64,000 nt of DNA from Vicugna vicugna (GCA_013265495.1 MU058781.1:3535050-3599049), one strand, 5' to 3'. Counted from the stretch's first letter, positions 38,532 through 51,985 are shown. Notes: generated by a model from the letters alone, not told the origin. Program-made: numbers and translations.

Positions 38532-39514
38532 GAGAGAGAGAAGGGAAAGAGAGACCCAAGAGCCCCATGAATATGGTGTTAGTCATAAGAAGCTGTAACT
38601 CAGGGTGGAGGCCATTGTCACCCCAGCCCACATGGGTAGGGACAGGGGCGGCCTGCTGCTCCTGTGAGTGACCAGGGGCCGTGGGAACTGAAGGGAGCGC
38701 TGAAGGGAAAGGGCATCAGTGATGATGTCCCAGGACACCTAGCGGCAGCGAAGGAGCCCCACTGGGCTGCACGGATACGTTCAGATCACTCCCCAGCCCT
38801 GCCGCCCTTTTTGGTGAGAACCCTCAGCATAGAGGCTAGACTCAAACACCCTCCTCTTCTCATGTCCTCTTAAAGTCAGTCCCCTCCCCGCTCCCACCCT
38901 TTCCAGCACCGAACATGTGCTTCTCCTCATGAGACTGTCCTAGAACACGTCCGATTACGGGGGAAACAGGATCTTTCCTGGCCGGCCAGCACGCCCTGCG
39001 CTTCACCCACAGGGACCCTTCAGCACTGATGTCCCCCTCCAAGGGACGGCACTCTCTCCCCTGAAATGAACGCAGTGTGGCTGAGTCACCCCACCTCCTC
39101 CATCCACCTTGTCTCAGCCACTCAGGCCCAGAACAGAAAACAGAGCTCTTCGACTGTGGATGCTACCAAGAGTGGTCCAGCCCCGAGGGCAGCTGCAGAT
39201 CTGGGATGCCTTCCCACCCTCATCCTTCCTCAAGGGGAGGCATCTGTCCGCGTCCCGGACCTGAGGGGGATTTGGTTTCACCTCCACAGGGCATCAAGCA
39301 ACAGCAGAACCTGTGTGGGTTTGGCTTCGATTCCTGGGCAGGTTGACTTCTTTGATGGTTCACTTCCTCGGCAGGTGAAGCTCTGTTTTGGACTGTGGAA
39401 AGGGCTCAGTGAGGTGCATGAACACAGAGCACGCAGGTGCGAGTCTGGCACACAGTGGCCATTTGCCCACCAGATCATTAGCATCATTATCTATTTATGA
39501 TGATGTTCAGTTTT

Positions 39515-39980
39515 CTATTCATTCATTCAACAAACGTGGACCATGTTTTCCCAGCATCAGCCATGGGCCGGGCGCGGGGTCCCAGCCCTCCCGGAATTTA
39601 CAATCTAGTTGGGAAGACAGCCAACAAACAGGGAAACAGAGAGAAACATCATTTCAGGTGTGGAATGAAGGCTCTGAGGGACTCAAGCGTAGTTTGTGAG
39701 ACAGGATAACAAAAGGGACCAGGGACGGCCTCCATGAAGGGATACTGCAGCTAAAACCGAAAGGACGAGAAAAAGCTAGAGGAGGGACAGGGCGCTCTGA
39801 GCAGCAGGAACAGCACACAGGCGGGCCCTGGGGTGGGCAGAAACTTGACGGGTCCAAAGAAGGACAGCAAGTCAGCATGGCTGGCAGGCCATCCCAGAGG
39901 GCAAGTGTCCCTGGGTAAGGCAGGAGAGCTGGGGCCTGAGCTGTAGGCCTTCCTATTAAGGAAGTTTGATTTTCATCCTA
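39515..39980 (-). mobile_element. L2 3' fragment
   Basis: attcattcattcaacaaac...ccagccctcccggaatttacaatctagttgggaagacag..., the reverse of the L2 terminus. Confidence 0.7.
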
Positions 39981-42289
39981 AGGGGAGTCTCTGGAAGGCT
40001 CTCACCTGGGAATGGTACCTCATATAGATGCATCACACTTCCTTCAATTATTCATAACAAACATTTATATCAATCCATTACTAAGCACTCCCTCTGAGCC
40101 AGGCTGCGATACGAATTTTACCTGCATCATCTAGGCAGACACTAGGGTGATGGCAATGGGGACAGACAGGTGGCCAGAAGTGAGACATATGTAAGAGCTA
40201 AGAGGGTGGGCTTTGCTGACAGAATGAATGGGGCCCAGGGAAGAAGCCAGCTCAGCCATGGCCACCAGCTTCTCCAACTATCTCTCATCATCATCATCAT
40301 CATCATCTCCGAGTCACAATGATCATTTAAGATCAAGATGAATTCAATTAGCCAACGTGTTTCTAAAGCACCAGCTATGCACACGGCACTTTGAAGGACA
40401 ATGTGTTCAGTAAGAAGCACGTGCCCTCCAGAGTATCTAATACTCCGTGCTTAGGGACTCCATCCAGACCTATTACTGCCAGTGGCTCAATCTAGAAAGT
40501 TTCCAAAAGACCCTGACAATTGCTGAATGGTCCAGATGACTTAAGTCAGCTCCAAGAGCAAAGCCAGGGGACAAACCTCCTAAAGACACAAAGTACCAGT
40601 GCTGTTTACCAACGCAGCGGTGCCGAGAGGACAGACAGCATCACACGGAAGGTTCCTACTGCGTCAAGCGGCCTGTCAGACAAAGACCCAGAACGTCAGC
40701 TCAAAATAGCAACAGAGCCCTCAGCCCAGGGACAGCTTCTCATAAAGGCGGCAGGTAAAGAACTGCTGGGACACGGGGTTTTTTCGTCCACAGCATGGAT
40801 ACTCGGTGTAGAGCACACACTCATTTTAGTAAGAATGAATTCGGGAAGACGTGGACCACGTTCATCAATGGACAAGTGAATTATACAACGGGTGCACTGA
40901 GGACATGAAAGCACAGTGAGAAGATAAAGGTGAACGCCTTGGGTCCCCCATCCTCTCGTGCCTGGAAGGAGGGGTTCACTTGTAGGTAAGAAAAGAGAGA
41001 GGCATCTGGCTTACCTGACCTGGCTTCCACCCTAGACCTGGACTAAGGCTGTCACTTTTGGAAGCTAGCCACTCCCCTACTCTAAAATCTACACCAAGGC
41101 CACCGCAGGGGACAGACAAGACTGTAAATCAAAACAGGGACTGGACCCCCTCCCCCCCCAAAAAATGAAGGTTGGAACAGCAGGAAACAGTCACCTCTTG
41201 AGTAGTTACCTGTCTCTCTCTCCTTAGTTTCTCTTCTGAGATGCCAAAGTCCAACCTAGACGCACAGCCTGATTGACACACGGCTGATAAACTAGATCCT
41301 TCTGTAGAATATGCAGCCATGGGGATAGTTCTCCTTATATGGAAAAAATTTTATTCTTTTTTTTTATCTCAGGCTTCAGTTTGCTCATACTTCCTTTAAC
41401 AGAACAAGCCAAGTCATGCAGCCCCTGATATCATGAAAATTACAAATGTGGAGCCCTAAAAAGGGACACAGAGAAGGCAGCCCTAAATTTAAACCCAGAC
41501 CAGACTACCACTTGAAGGAATCTGTCTCCTGAAGCCTAGGGCACTGGTTTCATTCAACGCTTACTTGGAATTGTAAGACATCAAAGCTGAAAGGCATCTT
41601 AGAAATCACGCTGTCTGGGACTCATGTTCAAAATTAAGAAGCAGACCCACAAGGATGATGCTCGCAGGCACACATCTGGCAGAGCTGGAGGGAAAACCAA
41701 GGCTTCCGGAGCCCTGGTCTAGCGAGGGCCTTCCTGATATACCGGGAAATGTTACTCCGCCCTTTACTAGCATCTTCAATAATGCAAAGCCCTAGAAGGA
41801 AGTCTGACAGCCGCCAAAGCCGACAGGACATTCAAAATGCAACCCGACAATTGTCTGCTCAGTGTTTCCTGGTCGGATTGTATAGCTGGGGAGCTCTAGC
41901 AGGTGGTTCCTGGGTTTGTGGGGTTGGTTTTTTTTTCCCTTAAGTTCCCATCCAGCAGAAGGCTTGGCAGGGAGGGAAAGAAACAGACGGTTCTGGCTTG
42001 AGTCTGGGTTGCCATGTTGGACTTCTCCCGTATTTCCTGTTGAAGAAAGAACTCGGAAAGAAAGACTCATGCCAATGTGAGAGGAACGCTACGCATCTTT
42101 CCAGAAGGAGATGGATGTGATTGAGAATTGGAGATCACAATTCTGAAGAGGGAACAGACTATTTTAGACGTTTCCAATCTTCCCTGGAGGAGGGAAGGCC
42201 TGCACTGGACAGAGGTCTACTTGCAAGGGATGGAATAAAGGCAAACGACATCTGACCTCCCCACGGTGTGTGCCCCCGGGGACCACTCC

Positions 42290-42905
42290 TCGCTTCCCAG
42301 AGCTGCCCCCATCCTCCCCACCTGGACCATGGCGGTCACTGCAGTTCTCCTTGCTTCACTCTGCCATCTGCTAATCCAGAGCCAGCCTCGTAAAGCAGGA
42401 CATCGCATCATGTCCCTCTCTTGTCACCAGCCCTCCGGTGGCTTTGCAGTACATTTAACACCAAAACTGAGTCCTCACTGTGGCTTCTCGGGCATCCACA
42501 GATCCACAGTGTCTCCCTCCCCGACTCTGACCACCCCCCATTCACTCCTTTGTGGCCCACTGGCCACCCGCTGTTGCAGGACAGGTCAAACACCCTCCTA
42601 CCCCTCGGTGCCAGCTGTGCCTTCTACCTGGGGCATTCGCCCTGTGAACAGCCGCAGACATCTCCAAGTCTCACTCTCTCACTTCCTTCAAATCTCTACT
42701 CAAAGGTCAGAGGGCCCTTCTCTGGCCCCATCACTCTCTGTTCCCTCCCGGCTCTCCAGTGGAGGGGCTGCAATCATCCTTCAGTGTTGCTCCTCCCGGC
42801 TGGAAGCAGCGAGCGCCGTGTGGTCTGCCCGAGTGCCGCCCCGTCTGGGACAACAGCAGACACACAGAAGGAACTTAGTCCACATTCGCTGGCTTGCGTG
42901 GAGCT
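42290..42905 (+). mobile_element. L2 3' region remnant
   Basis: catcatgtccctctc...ccctccggtggcttt...gctgtgccttctacctggggcattc...ttccttcaaatctctactcaaaggtc...cagcagacacacagaaggaactt. Confidence 0.6.
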
Positions 42906-45900
42906 GAAGCCAGGCCTTTCAACTAGGTGTGGATGGAGAAAACACAATTTCCACTGGAAAACTCAAAGCTGGTTGGGCCCTCTGGTTTCTCTGTATATAT
43001 AGATTTGATTCCAACTAGATACATCCTTCTGTCTGCCCACATGGCCCTGCTTCTGAAGGGTGACAACCAAGCCTCAGGGATGCCACAGGGAGGCCGAGGG
43101 AGCAGGATCAGCCTTCAACTTCCCGGAGGAGAGGCCCTCCCAGGGTTCCGATCCAAGCACAGCCCTGACTCTGATGCATCTCTCAGAGGAAAGTCCCATC
43201 CCACCTCCTTCTGAGACACTGCTCACCTCGGAGGGGAATGCCAAGGATGTTAAGAGCGGCAGAACAGAGGAAAGCTAAACGCATCATTAACCAAGCTGGC
43301 CCCAGAGCGCGCCTGCAACATCCCAGCCCCATGAGGACAAAGGCATGTGCTTTCTCTCTCCAATATGCCACGTCTAATTTGCATCATAGGGAAACACAGT
43401 AGAAGAGCTGCTGTCCTTTCTTCTGGGTCTCTGGAATGAATTTTGTCAGGTATTTATCTTAACTTTCAGGACTTCAATTTACACAACAGGCTGGTGCCTC
43501 TATGTCCACGAAGGTCTGATGTCCTGAGTCTTCAGGAGGAAGTAGGCACAGGCCCGCCCTCCTCCATGTGGCAACGGGACACGACACTAAAGCAACGTGC
43601 CGACGTGTCTTAAGAGCGATTTTTTAAAGTCCGTGCCCAGTAATTGTGCTTAGAAGAATTGAGTCTAAACAGGATGTCATAAATCAGGCAAAAAGTTATT
43701 TGCACAAATAGTTATCTAAGCACGATTTATAATAGAAAAATACCCCTGGGAACAACCTACATATCTAAAAATAAGACTAATAATGCATGTGACATTCTTA
43801 GTCCAGTGCCAGGCGCACAGGAGTGGGTAGAACATTTTTGTGGGGTACACTGTATGGTGGATAGTCACACGCCTGCAAAAATCTGAGTAAGAGGAAAATC
43901 AACAACTGCCTTCCAACAGGAGATGTCTGTCCACCTGTATTTTCAGAAAAGGCCCATCTATCTTTTCCAGCCACCGCAACCCCTATATCAGACAATTGCA
44001 CAAAAGGACATGCCACCCACAAGCTCTGTTCTCGCTACCTGAACTGCTGCTCCGTGGGTCTTCATTAGCCTTCCCTTGGAGCAGCAGGTGGAAAAAGAAC
44101 CACTCTGCAATTCAACCAGCATGTCTTCCCTTTTCTTTGCATCTATCATGTTTTTGTGCCTTTGCTAAGATGCACGTCACAGGAAGGACCGTACAGACTA
44201 ATGGGTCGGAAGCCCCTCCTGTCCAAGGAGCGTCTCCAGGGACAGTCCAGAAGGCCTGCTGGGCAAGTACGGCCTTTCTCCAGGGTTGTCAGTCACACCC
44301 TGCAATAGTTAGAGCAGCAGCTGGCTTCTTCCTCTGGGAAGCACCAGGGGGAAAATCTGAAATTATAAGCTATCCTTCCTCTAAGGTGAAATATATCCAA
44401 AAGAAGAAGAACGCAAATCAAGAGGCTGTCAGAAAACTAGGGATTGGTTGGGAGCCCTCCCCCTTTCCACCTCTATATACACATAAGGCATGTATACACT
44501 CACGCACACACACACGTGAACACACAATGCACCAATACACACGCACACAGGTGATCTCCTTTCCTCTAATCATCCCCTTTTGCAATTAAGGCTGCGATTC
44601 CATCCTTAGGTTCTAAGGACAACAAAAAACAGGAAGTTCATTTGAATGGTTTGTGACGCTGTGAAAACCCCAGGTGGAACCAGAGGCTCATGGAACTCAT
44701 GCCGCCCAGCTGGATGCCCCCAAGAGTAAAAGACTGCAGGTGCGGAGAACCACATGGCTGGAAGGGACTTGAGGGACGTCCCCCGCCCCCTGCAGAAGAG
44801 CATGCTGAGGTTTCCCAAGTGATGCTTAGTGTCCCCAAGATGCTACACAGAGGCTCTGTGCCCTCCCCAGCTCCAGTCCCAGTCCCCACCCAATAAATCC
44901 TCTCCTTCATCCCCTTGCTTCTCCACTTGCTCGGGACTTATTTGAAATCATGCCACCACAGGACCGAAGCAGAGGCTTCCCAAAAAGCAGAGATGCTTCC
45001 ACATCTGTGCTGCAGCCCTCTGCAAGTGAGTCACTCGCTGTTTCAGGTGGATGTGAACACAGAAAAAGAAAAAAAAGAAACTCACGTTCCTTTTGATTCA
45101 GATCATTTCCATCTCAGTAGGAAGCAAGTGTTCACCCAGATACCAGTGGGCTGGTTCCTTTGTTTAAACAAAAGGCTTTCCTGAAAGCTGCAAGGAACCA
45201 GAGGGCAAGGATTCTTAGCAAGCAGTTTAGTGAAAGCAGGAGGCGCTCCGGTGGGAACGTCTTACCCTGGCTGGACAATTCTGGACACTGGGCTGGCAGC
45301 ATGGACCGTGTGAATGTGTGTGACTAGTGGTTTCACCCAAGGAGCGACCTGACATCCAGCTTGCTTTAATTGGCTATTTCCTCTCCAACTAATGCTGTTT
45401 CAAATACACATGTGTGGTAACAAACATGATTCTCACAAAGAGCTGGTGTCCAAGGGGCCATGATGCCCTTCAGCTGGTCTACCAAAAACATTCTTGAAAG
45501 CCAACCAAGAGAATCCCCTTGAAACTCTGTTTCACTTCCAAAATAAAATAATGGAAGGAAACTCCAGACAGCATTACATTTGGTCTAAAATGCCCACAGA
45601 GTACCTGGCAGACAGAAAAAGACATAAATCTCAGACTCTCTTACTCCAGCGTTTCATTTGAGAACAGGTTCCCAAAGACGGCTGAAATTTACACACAGTT
45701 ACACCGACAGTCCTGAGAACGAAGCTAGGTTCCTTTCTTGAGAACCTGTTCCATGCAAAGCACTAGGCCAGCTGCTCTTTGTCCGTGTCACCTGTCACCC
45801 TGAGAAGGCAGTCAGACCCACTTCGCCATACAGAGGAGGGTGCTGGGAGTGCCCAGGTGCCTGGGCCAGCGTCATTCAAGGAATCAGCAGCAGAGCCAGG

Positions 45901-46779
45901 ACCGGACCCACTTTGATCCAGAACTCATTCTCTGCTCACTATAACACACTGCTTTCCACGAAGGATCTTCTCAAAGTAACTCAGAGACGGCTCCTTCCTT
46001 AGAGACCCTTTACAACCTGCCTCCCACCCAAAGCAGGAATGTTTCCAGCAGATGGTCATTCCCCCTTTGCTTAACTAATTATAGTGACAATGGGCTGAGA
46101 GAGTTGCCACTCCATGGCTGAGCTGAACCAGCGGTCCAAAGTTCTGTCCCTACACTGGGCTGAAAGCTGCCCCGGCATAACTTTGACTCCTGGGTTCTGA
46201 GTGCTCAGTTCTGTCCCAAATTTTGCAAGCACCAGGAAGGTGATGCTGACAATGACACGGCAGTGATGCCATCAAGGTTCATCTTAAAACCTCGTTACAG
46301 AGAAGCCAGATGTCAAGGGTCCCCTTTCAAACCTAACACCCCATCCAGGACATACGAGACATATCAAGATGTGAACAAAAGAGAACACTTAATATATTAT
46401 GTCATCTGGATGATGGATATTATAAAACTATTAAAATCAAGTTTCAAGTGATACTCCGAATCATAATACTCACCACATACTGTTAACAAGAACATAATAA
46501 AAGCAGCATAATCACAACTCTGTTAAAACAAAAAACCAAAAACCTATAAACATATAAAAATAAACAGAAAAAATGCAAAAAAAATTGTGATCACCCCTGA
46601 TTAATGAAGAGGGCTTTAAAAAAAAAGTCTTCCTTTTCTATTTCTGCATCTTTTGAAATTTTACAAATTTTTTTTTAATGTTTCGGACTTAGCCATCCAA
46701 TCTAAGGAACTACCCGTGAGCACATCCATATAAAGATTAGAATAATAATAGCAATAATAATGATAATAATATCGGTAGC

Positions 46780-47015
46780 AGCTCCAAAACTTCTATGACT
46801 CACTATGGGCCAAGCAGCAATCTTAGGACTTCATCAAATACATTAACACACTGAATCCTCACCACAGCCCTTTGAGTTAGATACTACCATTGTCACCATT
46901 TTACAGAGGAGAAAACTGAGGTCAGAAAGATTAAGGCACTCGTCGAAGGCCCCAGAACTAGTAAAAGGTAGATTTAAACCCAGGCAGTCTGACCCGAGTG
47001 GCCATGCTCTGGGCC
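46780..47015 (-). mobile_element. MIR SINE
   Basis: aatcctcaccacagccctttgagttagatacta...ccattttacagaggagaaaactgaggtcagaaagattaag...atttaaacccaggcagtctgac. Confidence 0.85.
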
Positions 47016-47082
47016 ACTCCTCTAAGGCCCGTGTTCCATCAGAACTGAGCTAAGATTCAGAGCAGCAAAAAATGGCTCAAAA

Positions 47083-47623
47083 CCCCATTTGGTCCACTGC
47101 TGGGTATATGTACAAAATAACTGAAAACCAGATCTTGGAGAGATAGTCACCCACCCATGCTCACTGCAGCATTAGTCACAATAGTCAAGAGGCGGAAGCA
47201 AACTAAATACCCATCAACAGATGAGTGGATAAAGAAAACGTGACATATACACATACACACACCGAATTCTGACACATGCTACAGCATGAGTTGTCCTCAT
47301 GGATAAACCTTGAAGGGATTAAGCTAAGCCAGTCACAAAAGGACAAACAGCGTAAGATTCTGCTCACATGCGGTATGCGAGAGTAGTCAAAATCAGGGAG
47401 ACAGCAGCATGGTGGCTGCCAGGGGCTGGAGGGAGAGGGAAATGGAAAGTTATTACTTAATGAGCACAGAGTTTCAGTTTTACAAGATGAAGAGAGTTCC
47501 GGGGACGGATGGTGGTGATGACTGCACCACACTATGAACGTATTAAATACCACTGAGCTGTATACTTAAAATGGTTAAGATGGTAACTTTTCTGTGATGT
47601 GTATTTTACCACAATTAAAAAAA
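47083..47623 (+). mobile_element. L1 3' end (L1MB-like)
   Basis: ccatcaacagatgagtggataaagaaaa...agccagtcacaaaaggacaaa...gagtttcagttttacaagatgaa...tatacttaaaatggttaagatggt...ttttaccacaattaaaaaaaa. Confidence 0.88.
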
Positions 47624-48388
47624 ATGGGAAAGATTCAAAATGAATAAAAAGCATCTGAAGACGGTGAGCTTGTGGGGTTGCTCAGAGAGAGACCACAGGT
47701 CACAGTCTTCATTCAGGACTGAAAGCTTCAAGGTCTCCAATACCTGCCTCTTCCTGACAAGTCCACATGGCCTGAGCATTTCTACCCCGGCCCCTGTCAG
47801 GCTCCACGTGGAAATTCTAGAAATTAAAATAAAAATGACAGCCATGTTCACCACTTCTTTCCGGAAAAGAGGAAGAGGGTCTGGGCCGTCCTGCTCACAT
47901 AGGTGGGGGCACAAGCACACGTCACCAGGTCTGATGGGCGCCACTGCTGCTGGAAGCAGGTGAGTCAGGCTGAGGCCAGGCCTCCAGCTCCCCCCTCCCA
48001 GCTGGCTTCCCAGTGCCTCCTCCGAGAAGGCCACACACAGCAAGGCGAGCCTCAGGCCCAGCCTGCCTGGCTCTACAAAACAGAGGACGTGAGCGCCAGG
48101 AAGCCACGGAAACAGCCGTTGAGGGGCTTGGTGTCCCACAAACTAGCCTGGGTCCATCCTCCCCCAGCCCTGACTCTGTCCTCTGGGTCACAAGGTGGGG
48201 TGGGGGCTCTAACGGGGGTGAGACGCAGACTTGTCGGCTCCCAGGAAAATGCCTGCACCCTCTCCCTCCAGCCTTCTGAAGCTGCCCAGGGTCCCAGGTG
48301 CACTGCCTGCCCCTTCAAAGCCTGGGAAGTTGCCATCTGCTCCCCCAGGATGCTAAGTGGTCCTTCAGGCACCCAGGGAGGGCAGGTC

Positions 48389-48515
48389 AACCTTTAATGA
48401 GAAAGAATATGAAAACGAATATATGTACGTATATGCATGACTGGGACATTGTGCTGCACACTAGAAACTGACACATTGTAACTGACTGTACCTCACTTTA
48501 AAAAAAAAAAAAAAA
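48389..48515 (+). mobile_element. Young short L1 3' tail with poly(A)
   Basis: aaagaatatgaaaacgaatatatgtacgtatatgcatgactgggacattgtgctgcacactagaaactgacacattgtaactgactgtacctca followed by an A-run; same family as 20481 and 56926. Confidence 0.88.
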
Positions 48516-50027
48516 GGGAGGTCACAATGAGAGCCTGGAGCTGGGAGAACAGCTCCCCAGAGCTCTGGGTGGATTACAGGGCAGACTCTGAGCAAGGGAC
48601 AACCCAGAACCTTACAAGCAGGATGGGGACGGGAGCTAAGGTAGAGCAGAGAACAGAGAGCCCTTTGACAAAGATGGCAAGTTCTTCGCAGCTTTCTCCT
48701 GCTCTGGGAATGGCGACCGTGTCTGCGGAGGGAGAACAGGGCTCTGGAGCCAGAGGCTGGGGTTCGAGTCAGCTCTTTCTCTGGCTGCCTGTGTCTTGGG
48801 CCAGGCTATTTAACGTCTCTGGGCCTCAGGTTTCTCCTCTGCAAAGCAGGACAGCAGTATTTCCTTTGCGTGGTTGCTGTGATGAGCACAACCACGGGGA
48901 AGCAGGGGTTGAAATCACAAGGGAGCGGGAAGCGGCCCTGACGGCACGTGTTTGGAAACTGATAGAACAAACTCATGCCAACCGGGGCTCTCGACGTGCT
49001 GAGCTTTTCCACTTGGACCAAATCACCCTGAAACTACATTTTCCAGGTGGTGTGGAGTTTTCCCAGGATCCAGGGCCCTGGGTCCTCTGCACATCTCAGG
49101 CCTTGGAAGAGAAAATGGGCCCATGGGAGGCCTCGGCTGTCAGAAGATCCAGGAACTGTGCACAAAGCCAAATTACCAACAGGGAGGCTCAAGGCTGAGA
49201 AAAGACCTGAGGGAATTGGGAAGAGTTGAAAACACAATTTTAAAAAGCACTGTCTTTCAGCAAACTCCTCTGATTTCTCAACCATCACAAGTCTGAGCTG
49301 CCCGCATTTCAAAGGTGTCACCAGCACATTTGATGATGAAGGAAGGCTGATGCCACTGCCTGCTGGGCTGGGAGCTCCCTTGGATGGGGCACTTCTGGGA
49401 TGCGGGGGCCCTGAAGGGCACATCTTCCTCAGGACCATGGAACATCACATGAGCCTCCTGACGCTGCGGGCCCCAAGCGTAGGAAGGGACTGCAGAACTT
49501 CGAGGTCAACTCTGACAAAAGAGAATGATGACCAGTCCCTGGTGGAGAGCTATGACTGCTCCCTTTTCAGATGGCTCCTGGCCAGCAGAGCACAGAGGCC
49601 TGGCAGCCCACAGACCTCAGCAACACGATCAGCATCCACATGCACGCGGGCCTGGGAATCCCGGGCACCGGAGAGAGGGGAAATCCCGTGGAAACAAGCT
49701 GCCTTTTCCATCAGCCAGGTTTTAATGCCGAACTCCCTTTTCTTCTCAGTGTTAGAAAAAGAAGAGCAGCCCCCTCCGGCGTCTGCAGACGGCTGGTCCC
49801 CTCTGGCTCCCCAGCCCGGCTGAGCAGCCCCTGCTCTGGCCCTAGCGCCTCTTCTGACACCATGTGAGCCCTGGTCCAGGGTGACACTCATCACCGAGCG
49901 GTGTGAAAACCGGGGGCTGGGGAGGAAGTGGCGAGTGTGAGAAAATGGAGGGGGCAGGGTGCCCCAGGAGCCCCACACACAGCAGTGGAAACGCAAACTT
50001 GACATTGTCACTTTCCTGTTACCTTTT

Positions 50028-50093
50028 TTTTTGTATTTTATTTTTTTTAACATTTTTTATTGATTTATAATCATTTTACAATGTTGTGTCAAA
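50028..50093 (-). mobile_element. 66-bp extreme 3' L1 tail with perfect 14-bp TSD
   Basis: TSD TCCTGTTACCTTTT at 50014-50027 and 50094-50107. The insert is poly(T) plus aacattttttattgatttataatcattttacaatgttgtgtcaaa. Confidence 0.85.
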
Positions 50094-51439
50094 TCCTGTT
50101 ACCTTTTGATCTCTGGCACCCAGGGAGACAGCGCTGGCTTTTCATTCCCCCTGCCTTTCACACCTGGCACATTAAAGACTGCTTTAAGGGGGAAAAAAAA
50201 AAGGGCTCAAGTGTTTAAATCATGAAGCTGAGGAACCAGCAGAGAGTCCTCTCTCTACGCCCCACTGAAGCACCAGGAAGCTTCTCTGAGGGAATCCCCG
50301 GGCCTCCTCCGAGGGCAGGAGCAGGGGGCCCTCCTCTCCAGTATCTGCACTTTCATGCTTGTTTCTCCCACCACCGCAGCCCAGCTGTAAGCTCAAAGGG
50401 GCCCCATCTCCTTCCATCAAGAGCAGAGGACTTTGATTATTCCCAGTTGTTAAATCAGGTCCACCGGGGATCCCACGATGCACAGCATCTGCCTGCTTTT
50501 TCTCTGACCTAGTTAACAAGTATCAGGTTAGACGCACATTTTCTTGATCATTCAAAAGGTGGAAACAAACATTTTAATTAGTACCAAAGCCCCTGAACAG
50601 GGGAAGCTAGCTCACTAGAAGCCCAGAAAAGATGCTAAGAGGATGAGCCCAGGCATGAATCTACAAAGATGTGCTCCTGGGAGCCTCACAAATGAAACAG
50701 AGAGGAAGGACCCAGAGTGAGTCAGGGTGGGTGGCGCATCTGTTATTCCTATGAAAGAAAGAAGAGTACAGGAATCTCCCTGCGCCCTGCGGGATGAGAG
50801 GCCCTGGCCGGCCACAGCACACCTCCCAGTCCTCGGCCTCAGCTGCAAGGAAGAGCCAGTCCCTGCAGGGCAGGCACTGCACCGCCAAAGGGCTTTGTGG
50901 CCCCAACACGAAAGGGTGGCTGCATTCAGGAGCTGGTTCCCCCTTCACATGCCATCCACCAGGGCATTCAGCCAGCTTGTTGCTGTTTCCAAAACTGCCC
51001 AACTGCCTATCTAATGCAAAGGAGGAGGATCTCGGAGACTATAAGGGGTTCTCACAGGCAGAAAGGTATGTGTTTCCTGCTGGCCAAGATCTAGGAGTTA
51101 CTCAGGTATTGCTGGTATAAAAAGCTTGGCTGGAAACTAAGTCGGGTGGTGCCCTGGGCCTCTGGGCGTGACTCAGACACTGAGCTTCTTAGAAACAGCT
51201 CTTTGCCCAAGACTTTCTGGAAGAACCAGACCAGGGCACAATAATGGCATGAAATTGACTGAGTGGATTGATGGAGGACATCTTTCTTTAAGAACAGAAC
51301 AGAAAACAGAGTGTTACCCGATGTAATAAGTTCATTTGTTTCATGTATTCATATATTCCTATATTATATAGACATACGCATTTTCATGCTATTATATAAA
51401 TATGCACGTATACTACCTATGCATATTCATGTATATATT

Positions 51440-51985
51440 GGTGTAGCAAATTGTATTCTTCAAATGTGAGTGCCGAATCTGTAACCTCACATATTCTTTT
51501 AGAATCTTCTTACTTCCTGATGAAGAGGCAGACCGTATGGCCCTCCCCTTGGATTTGGGTGAGTCTTTGTAACTGGCACGATGAAAAAAAAAAAAAACCA
51601 AAACTGCAGGGGAAGTGGCACTATGTGAGTTCCAAGGGTCGGTTATAGAAGGTGATACAGCTTCCCGATGGCTCACGCTCTCCCTCAGGATGCTGGCTTT
51701 TGGAATCCAGCCACCACACTGTGAGCAAGCCCACGCCGCACACAAGTGTTTCCTCGAGAGCCCCAGCTGACGCCCCATTGAGGAGCCGCGTCTGGTAACT
51801 GACCAGATGGGTGAGTGCGCCTTCAGGTGACTCCAGCCTCGCGCCATCTTCAGAGCCACGCAGAAGATGCAGTGTAGAGCAGAGATGTGCTTTCCGTACC
51901 AACCCTGCCCAAATTAGAAATTCAAGAGCTAAATGGACGACTGGTTTTGTTTCATGCTGCTAGATCTGGGGGTGATGCAGGACAC
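51440..51985 (+). mobile_element. MaLR LTR (MLT1G/H-like)
   Basis: gaagtggcactatgtgagttccaagg...ttggaatccagccaccacactgtgagcaagccca...gccttcaggtgactccagcc...ccctgcccaaatt. Confidence 0.72.

Noticed and set aside
40142..40420. ORF with a poly-Met run
   Set aside because: An artefact of a short (CAT)n trinucleotide repeat near 40286-40306.
41005..41020. Other strong minus-strand donor-like motifs (for example CAG|GTAAGC near 41010, and others near 9301 and 53536)
   Set aside because: I identified no supporting acceptor, start codon or promoter context, and such hexamers occur by chance in 57 kb.
42266..43002. Overlapping 213-aa and 193-aa ORFs
   Set aside because: They coincide with a C-rich decayed L2 fragment, and the Ser/Pro/Leu-rich translation is typical of non-coding DNA.
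48527..49198. 223-aa plus-strand ORF
   Set aside because: It runs through MIR-like sequence (gggcctcaggtttctcctctgcaaa), has no recognisable domain or codon bias, and is antisense within an intron.
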